Of a stretch of 64,000 nucleotides of DNA, positions 58,927 to 64,000 are shown in pieces. Numbering within the stretch: the stretch's first letter is position 1; the number at the start of each line of letters is the position of its first letter. Made by a program: the position numbers and the translations under genes. A model generated the notes under the pieces. The model was not told the origin of the DNA and did no database searches. It worked only from the letters and a program-made list of their open reading frames with translations. The stretch is from an uncultured Nitrospiraceae bacterium (GTDB lineage: Bacteria > Nitrospirota > Nitrospiria > Nitrospirales > Nitrospiraceae), in contig CAVPLT010000001.1 of NCBI GenBank assembly GCA_963706325.1, positions 160,001 through 224,000 on the forward strand. Reading direction: 5' to 3'.

Positions 58927-60411
58927 TTACGGACGAAATGAGAAATGATGATACTCGACCGGGCTCGGCGGGGCCCCCAACGCCATCAAGACAGCTTCAC
59001 GCTCGTAGCCCACAGCCTCCAAGGCGATCTGTGACTGACTCAATTCCTCCTCCGTCACATAGGCGATGGTATCGGGGATCCCGTTCGGCTTGAGCGAGAG
59101 CAGTGTGCCTTGGGTGGACTCACGTTCTTCCTCTGGCATCTCGCTACGTAGCGGGAATTCGATCTTGCGTTGATAGGGACTCTCATAGGTCTCGTTCAAT
59201 GTGCGGATCGTCTGCACGGTGAGCCGGTCCAATTCCCACGGCTCAACTTTCGAGCTGAGCATGGGATGGCAAGCCAGGAGATCCATGAGGGTCATGACGT
59301 TGGTTCCGAGCCGGCTCCCGACAAACTCTCGCTGCGTTTCAATCGTAATCGCCGCAATGCCCAGATGCTTGGCTACCGCCTGAATGATGGCCAGGTTTAC
59401 CATAAAGCTGTATTGGCCCCCAAAGAGTCCATAGCAAGGCTTATCAGGATCGTTCAGCACCTCCATATCGGCTGTACCGGCATCGAAACTACTGAAACCC
59501 ACCGCATCAGGAGCCAGGACTCGCTTGGCCTCCTTGATGGAGGCGCAGGCCCCAAGGTTCACGGGCACCAGGACCTCATCATCAATCGCTTTCATAAATT
59601 CAGTGATGGTTTTTCGATAGGGTATGTCTTTCCATTCCACCTTGTGGTATTCGCGCTCCCAAATCAGATCGTCCAGAAAGGGCGGGAACTGCTTTAAGCG
59701 GTCGATGTCCTTCGCCTCGAACGCGCGGACAAACCCAGACCAATCTGCGATGGCCGCGGCTTTACGTTCATTGAGGTTGGGACGGAGATGCTCCTCTTCG
59801 TACTCAGCGCCCTTCTTGGCCAGAAGCTTGGTCGCCAGCTCGTTCCAGAGCTCGTTACAAACGATACGATCGACCGTGCCGTCAGCGACGGTTGCCAGAT
59901 TTTGAACATCGGCGCACAGCGTCTCGATCTTTGCCACATGCGGGGCAAGATCAGGATGGGCGCGCGCCTGCTCCAATGCCTGAGCCTGCGAATCGACCAG
60001 AACATAGCGAAGCCGCGGATAGACTTGGCCAGTCTTATCAAGACGCTGCACGTGACTGAGAAAGCATGCCGCAAGGTTGCCGTTTCCCGGCCCCCACTCC
60101 ATCACCGTCAATGGCGGATGCGGCTTCGCGTCTACAGACGAAGGATCCACCTGACCGGGGGATGCCTGGCGTTTCACGGCGGCTTTTTTGTCACGCTTGA
60201 TCACCTGCTCGTAATAGTCTGCCGCCAAGGCATGTGCCAGCCGATAATCCGCGGAGGTGAAGGTCTGGTAGAATCGGCGTTGTTGATCACCTCGCAATTC
60301 ATAGAACAGGGTATTGATGTGGTCCTGCCATTGATCGACCGGCTTATACTCCCCCAATGGTTGAGGCAGCGCATCGGGATCGTCTAGTTTGGTCATGAGT
60401 TGTTGTTCCAT
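58927..60411 (-). CDS. Class I SAM-dependent methyltransferase (MidA/NDUFAF7-like)
   Basis: EWGPGNGNLA, YVLVD, IVCNELWNEL, ETQREF. Confidence 0.75.
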   Translation of the reverse strand: MEQQLMTKLDDPDALPQPLGEYKPVDQWQDHINTLFYELRGDQQRRFYQTFTSADYRLAHALAADYYEQVIKRDKKAAVKRQASPGQVDPSSVDAKPHPPLTVMEWGPGNGNLAACFLSHVQRLDKTGQVYPRLRYVLVDSQAQALEQARAHPDLAPHVAKIETLCADVQNLATVADGTVDRIVCNELWNELATKLLAKKGAEYEEEHLRPNLNERKAAAIADWSGFVRAFEAKDIDRLKQFPPFLDDLIWEREYHKVEWKDIPYRKTITEFMKAIDDEVLVPVNLGACASIKEAKRVLAPDAVGFSSFDAGTADMEVLNDPDKPCYGLFGGQYSFMVNLAIIQAVAKHLGIAAITIETQREFVGSRLGTNVMTLMDLLACHPMLSSKVEPWELDRLTVQTIRTLNETYESPYQRKIEFPLRSEMPEEERESTQGTLLSLKPNGIPDTIAYVTEEELSQSQIALEAVGYEREAVLMALGAPPSPVEYHHFSFRP

Positions 60412-60540
60412 TACATTCCCCCCTGAAAAGGGAGAAATTCTACCAGGAAGCAAATTTCACCCGCAACTCGCTCATGGATGACACTCGTGCGGCCCGAGCC
60501 AATTATTGACAGACCTGCCGGACGGAGTGTAGCAAGAAGA

Positions 60541-61116
60541 ATGAGGCAGCCCTACACACTCATCTGTCCGCTCGTTCTGCTCTCGGGTTGTCTCGTCTGG
60601 GCAGAAGACATCCCGCTCACTCACAACGTGCCGATCCCGGACTTTCAAAACCGCACCGAAACTCCCGCGCCCTACAATTTTGACGCCCCTCCGCAAGGGA
60701 TGTTTCGCAGCATTGTTTTGGCCGAAGCGTTCGAGGAAGAACTCGGCTTTCAACGCACCCATGAAATCGTACCTGTCAGACCAACCGAACGGTTCTCCGT
60801 AGGAACCAAAGCGGTCTTCATCGTCTTCGAGCTGCACCAGCATTACCAATCCTTCCAGCTCTTCGGGCGCTGCTATCCGGAGCAGGTGGAGGGGCTGGAT
60901 GAACACTCAGTGGTGGCTGAAGATGCGATGTATATCGCTCTGGAAGATCAAACCGGCTATCTCAAGCTGTTCCCTCCGCAAGGCAGCTGGAAACCAGGCC
61001 GCTATAAGGTGGAGATCCACGCGGGTGAGCAAATCAACGACATGAGTCTCATGGGCACCATGCGTTTTACGATCGCCGCTTCGTCGGACGCGGTGACCTC
61101 GACCAGCCAGCAGTAA
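60541..61116 (+). CDS. Exported hypothetical protein (Ig-like C-terminus)
   Basis: Signal peptide; WKPGRYKVEI; TTGACA promoter-like element just upstream. Confidence 0.7.
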   Translation: MRQPYTLICPLVLLSGCLVWAEDIPLTHNVPIPDFQNRTETPAPYNFDAPPQGMFRSIVLAEAFEEELGFQRTHEIVPVRPTERFSVGTKAVFIVFELHQHYQSFQLFGRCYPEQVEGLDEHSVVAEDAMYIALEDQTGYLKLFPPQGSWKPGRYKVEIHAGEQINDMSLMGTMRFTIAASSDAVTSTSQQ

Positions 61117-61320
61117 AACCGCCTTTAAACCTCGAATGTCCCTCCCCTCGGCTAGCGCGTGATCCCAGATGGTTAGAGGGAATCGATTCGTTCGGCTCAG
61201 ACCCTATATCGACAGGGCCGACAGGCACCTGTCCAAACCGGTCGGACTGTCATTGAATGATCGAATGGCTCCCCACTCCTGGTTACGTCGTCAACGCCTG
61301 GGCGTTATAATGCGCATCCC

Positions 61321-61440
61321 ATGCTCGCCGGAATTGCAACCTACGCCATGATCATCTTTTGCTGGGCCATGCTTGAAACCAGTGACTTGGATAGTCAACC
61401 GGCGACTCATCTCTCTTCGGCATTGTACGTGGCAGCCTGA
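61321..61440 (+). CDS. 39-aa small membrane protein (candidate)
   Basis: MLAGIATYAMIIFCWAML...YVAA; TATAAT 9 nt before the ATG. Confidence 0.4.
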   Translation: MLAGIATYAMIIFCWAMLETSDLDSQPATHLSSALYVAA

Positions 61441-61481
61441 AAAGAGGTGCATCTCATCACCTGGTTATAAGAGGAGACCCT

Positions 61482-61841
61482 ATGTCATCGACGTTGGTGG
61501 CCATCGTTTCGCTGCTTGTTCTTTCCAATCTCTTTATGACGGTGGCCTGGTATGGTCATCTTCGATTCACCAGCTATCCCCTGTGGTTGGCGGTGCTGGC
61601 GAGTTGGGGCATCGCGTTTTTTGAATATTGCCTTCAGGTGCCGGCCAACCGGATTGGATACCAAGCCTTCTCGGCCTATCATTTAAAGACCTTGCAGGAA
61701 ATTATCACCCTTTCGGTATTTATCGTCTTTGCCGAAGTCTATTTGGGAGAAGGCCTCAAGCCGAAACATCTGGCAGGTTTTGTGTTGCTCGCCCTCGCGG
61801 CCTGGACCATTTTTCAAGATTGGTATGGGCTGGAATGGTAG
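61482..61841 (+). CDS. DMT-family membrane protein (DUF486)
   Basis: SNLFMTVAWYGHL, SWGIAFFEYCLQVPANRIG, LQEIITL. Confidence 0.92.
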   Translation: MSSTLVAIVSLLVLSNLFMTVAWYGHLRFTSYPLWLAVLASWGIAFFEYCLQVPANRIGYQAFSAYHLKTLQEIITLSVFIVFAEVYLGEGLKPKHLAGFVLLALAAWTIFQDWYGLEW

Positions 61842-61866
61842 GACGATTTGGCGGAAAGGGGGCGAG

Positions 61867-61989
61867 TTGTTAGTTGTTATAGGAGCGCTACCACTCGCCA
61901 TGGCAACGGTTCTAGGCTGGTGGTCATGCGTCAAACCGAATCAGCACAAGTCCCGAAGCAGCACGTTGACCGACTGGGCCGAGGCGTAG
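61867..61989 (+). CDS. 40-aa small membrane protein (candidate)
   Basis: TTG start after GGAAAGGGGG; LVVIGALPLAMATVLGWWS...WAEA. Confidence 0.35.
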   Translation: MLVVIGALPLAMATVLGWWSCVKPNQHKSRSSTLTDWAEA

Positions 61990-62213
61990 CTGGTTGTCCG
62001 CTATGCGCTCTACGTCAAGTTGAAAGAGTTAGGACTGCGCGAGGGCGACTAAATCCGACAGCCGTCGCTGTGGTTGCACGCCAGGATTTTTATCGACCGG
62101 GCCGTGCGAGACTGGGTAATTCCTTCTCGCATGTTTGACCATCTATCAATTCCTTTTGTAGAATGTGCCCGGTGCACTCCGGAACCCCTGCGCAAAGGAA
62201 CCGATCCCGCCCC

Positions 62214-62990
62214 ATGACTCCAGTGACCCGCCCATGGGCTTCCGTGGTCATCCCTATTAAGGATGAACGCGACAATTTGATTCCCCTGACTGAGCAACTT
62301 GTGAAAGTCCTGGAAAGCCGGGATGAATCGCGGTCGGCTCCCTTCGAATTGCTGTTCATCGACGACGGCAGCACCGACGGCAGTTCTGAAATTCTGGATA
62401 GCTTGGCGATCCAACATCGAACCGTCAAAGTGTTTCACTTCGACCGCAACTATGGCCAGTCGGCGGCCTTCGATGCCGGATTCACACAATCGACAGGGCA
62501 CCTGGTGATGACCATCGACGGTGACCTGCAAAATGACCCGGCAGATATCGCGACGCTACTTCCGCACATCCAGACCTTCGACCTCGTCTGCGGCTGGCGT
62601 AAAGATCGTCACGACAACCTGACGCGGAAGATTTCTTCTCGCATCGCCAATGCCGTCCGTAGCGCCGTGACCGGCGATCGGGTGCACGACACCGGCTGCT
62701 CGTTGAAATTGTTTCGCCGCTCGGTCGTGGACAAAATGCAACTCTTCGAGGGCATGCACCGATTTTTTCCCGCCCTGGCCTTAATGCATGGGTTCACAGT
62801 CACCGAAGTGCCCGTGCGCCATTACCCCCGCACCCGTGGCACCTCGAAATACGGCGTAGGCAATCGCCTTTTCAAGGGTCTCTATGACTTGATAGCCGTG
62901 CGATGGATGCAGCACCGTTGCCTGCGTTATCAGTATCGCTCCTCGCCGTCTATTTCACCTCTATCTCCATCGACCGCGATCCACCCATGA
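62214..62990 (+). CDS. GT2 polyprenol-phosphate glycosyltransferase (ArnC/DPM-like)
   Basis: SVVIP, DDGSTDGS, NYGQSAA, DGDLQNDP, DTGCSLK. Confidence 0.9.
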   Translation: MTPVTRPWASVVIPIKDERDNLIPLTEQLVKVLESRDESRSAPFELLFIDDGSTDGSSEILDSLAIQHRTVKVFHFDRNYGQSAAFDAGFTQSTGHLVMTIDGDLQNDPADIATLLPHIQTFDLVCGWRKDRHDNLTRKISSRIANAVRSAVTGDRVHDTGCSLKLFRRSVVDKMQLFEGMHRFFPALALMHGFTVTEVPVRHYPRTRGTSKYGVGNRLFKGLYDLIAVRWMQHRCLRYQYRSSPSISPLSPSTAIHP

Positions 62991-63286
62991 CACCCGATAC
63001 TGTCTGGCTGATCATCGGATTCTTGGGTCAAGGCGTGTTTTTCATGCGTTGGGTTGTCCAATGGATTGCCTCGGAGAAACACGCAGAAAGTCGGGTCCCC
63101 ACAGCCTTCTGGTATATGAGTCTGGTTGGGGGGCTCATCACGCTGGCCTATGCGATCCATCGGCTAGATCCGGTCTTCATTGCCGGACAGAGTATCGGTA
63201 GCGTCGTCTACCTTCGCAACCTCATGCTGATCCACCGTCCGAACCCACCCGATTCCAATTCGGCTTCCCCGGCCACCAAATCATAG
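62987..63286 (+). CDS. Lipid A biosynthesis N-terminal (LAB_N) domain membrane protein
   Basis: GFLGQ..F.MRW.VQW.ASE, P.AFWY.S, DPVFI.GQ, YLRNL. Confidence 0.88.
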   Translation: MTPDTVWLIIGFLGQGVFFMRWVVQWIASEKHAESRVPTAFWYMSLVGGLITLAYAIHRLDPVFIAGQSIGSVVYLRNLMLIHRPNPPDSNSASPATKS

Positions 63287-64000
63287 ATGGAGTCTCACTT
63301 GAATGGACAGCCCTCGGCCACCCAGGCGCCGGCGCAGGCCGACCGATCTATCCAACCGCTGACGCTGATGCTGGTGTTGGCGATGGCCGCCGTCCTGTTT
63401 TTTGTCGGACTTGGCGCCACCGGCCTCACTGATCGAGACGAAGGTCGAAACGCCGAAGCGGGCCGCGAGATGTATGAAACGGGCGATTACATCAGTCCGA
63501 CGTTCAACTATGAGCCGCGCTTTGCCAAACCCGTGTTCGTTTATTGGTTGATGAGCCTCTCATACCATGCATTCGGGGTGAATGAGTTCGCAGCGCGATT
63601 CCCCTCTGCCCTCTTTGGTCTCGGTCTCATTCTTCTCCAGTATCTCTTCCTGACGCGCTGCCGAGGCCCGGTGATAGGGCTCTTCGGCGCGGCGATGTTA
63701 TTGCTGAACCTTGAGATCATTGGCCTTGGACGGATGGCCTTGACCGACGGCGTGCTGATTTTTTTTACGACCCTATCGCTTTACGGATTTTGGTTGGGTC
63801 TGTATGGCACAGGACGAGAACGCCACTACATGTGGCTCTTTTACATCGGCATGGCACTGGGAACGCTGACGAAAGGTCCGATCGGTTTTCTGATTCCTCT
63901 GCTCGCCGTGGGTCTCTACCTCTGGCTGACCCGGTCATGGTCGCTCTATTGGCGCCAAGGATTTCCACTTGCAGGCCTATTGGTGTTCCTGGTCCTTGCA
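63287..64000 (+). CDS. ArnT-like GT-C glycosyltransferase (partial, runs off the window)
   Basis: LTDRDEGRNAEAGREM, PRFAKP, AARFPSA, LTKGP; open to the window end. Confidence 0.88.
   Translation, partial: MESHLNGQPSATQAPAQADRSIQPLTLMLVLAMAAVLFFVGLGATGLTDRDEGRNAEAGREMYETGDYISPTFNYEPRFAKPVFVYWLMSLSYHAFGVNEFAARFPSALFGLGLILLQYLFLTRCRGPVIGLFGAAMLLLNLEIIGLGRMALTDGVLIFFTTLSLYGFWLGLYGTGRERHYMWLFYIGMALGTLTKGPIGFLIPLLAVGLYLWLTRSWSLYWRQGFPLAGLLVFLVLA

Overview
Bacterial chromosomal window, most likely a Nitrospira (phylum Nitrospirota); this is inferred from gene content and style only. Most of it is core genome: glnS, uup, gltX, five tRNAs (Glu-CTC, Gln-TTG, Gln-CTG, Arg-CCG, Lys-CTT), a full isc operon with a divergent ferredoxin, mrcA, typA, a peroxiredoxin/thioredoxin pair, a PerR/Fur-rubrerythrin-FeS oxidoreductase-DUF3501 cluster, rfbC, HU, thrH, recQ, tatA/tatB-like genes and a lipid A modification cluster (GT2, LAB_N, ArnT-like; truncated by the window end). 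An accessory island (~37.5-45 kb) begins at tRNA-Lys and holds a decayed tyrosine integrase, small ORFs, a PilZ protein and a periplasmic module: degraded di-heme cytochrome c peroxidase, two DUF1264 paralogs and a mono-heme cytochrome c. The best candidates for undescribed biology are that DUF1264/cytochrome module, a stand-alone ZorA/ZorB-like motor pair with no Zorya effectors, a compact lysine-catabolism operon ending in a small HglS/DUF1338-like enzyme, a ubiquitin-like protein with a masked GG, and several unannotated small membrane ORFs. No CRISPR array or rRNA was seen. All family assignments come from motif recognition by eye, not from database searches.
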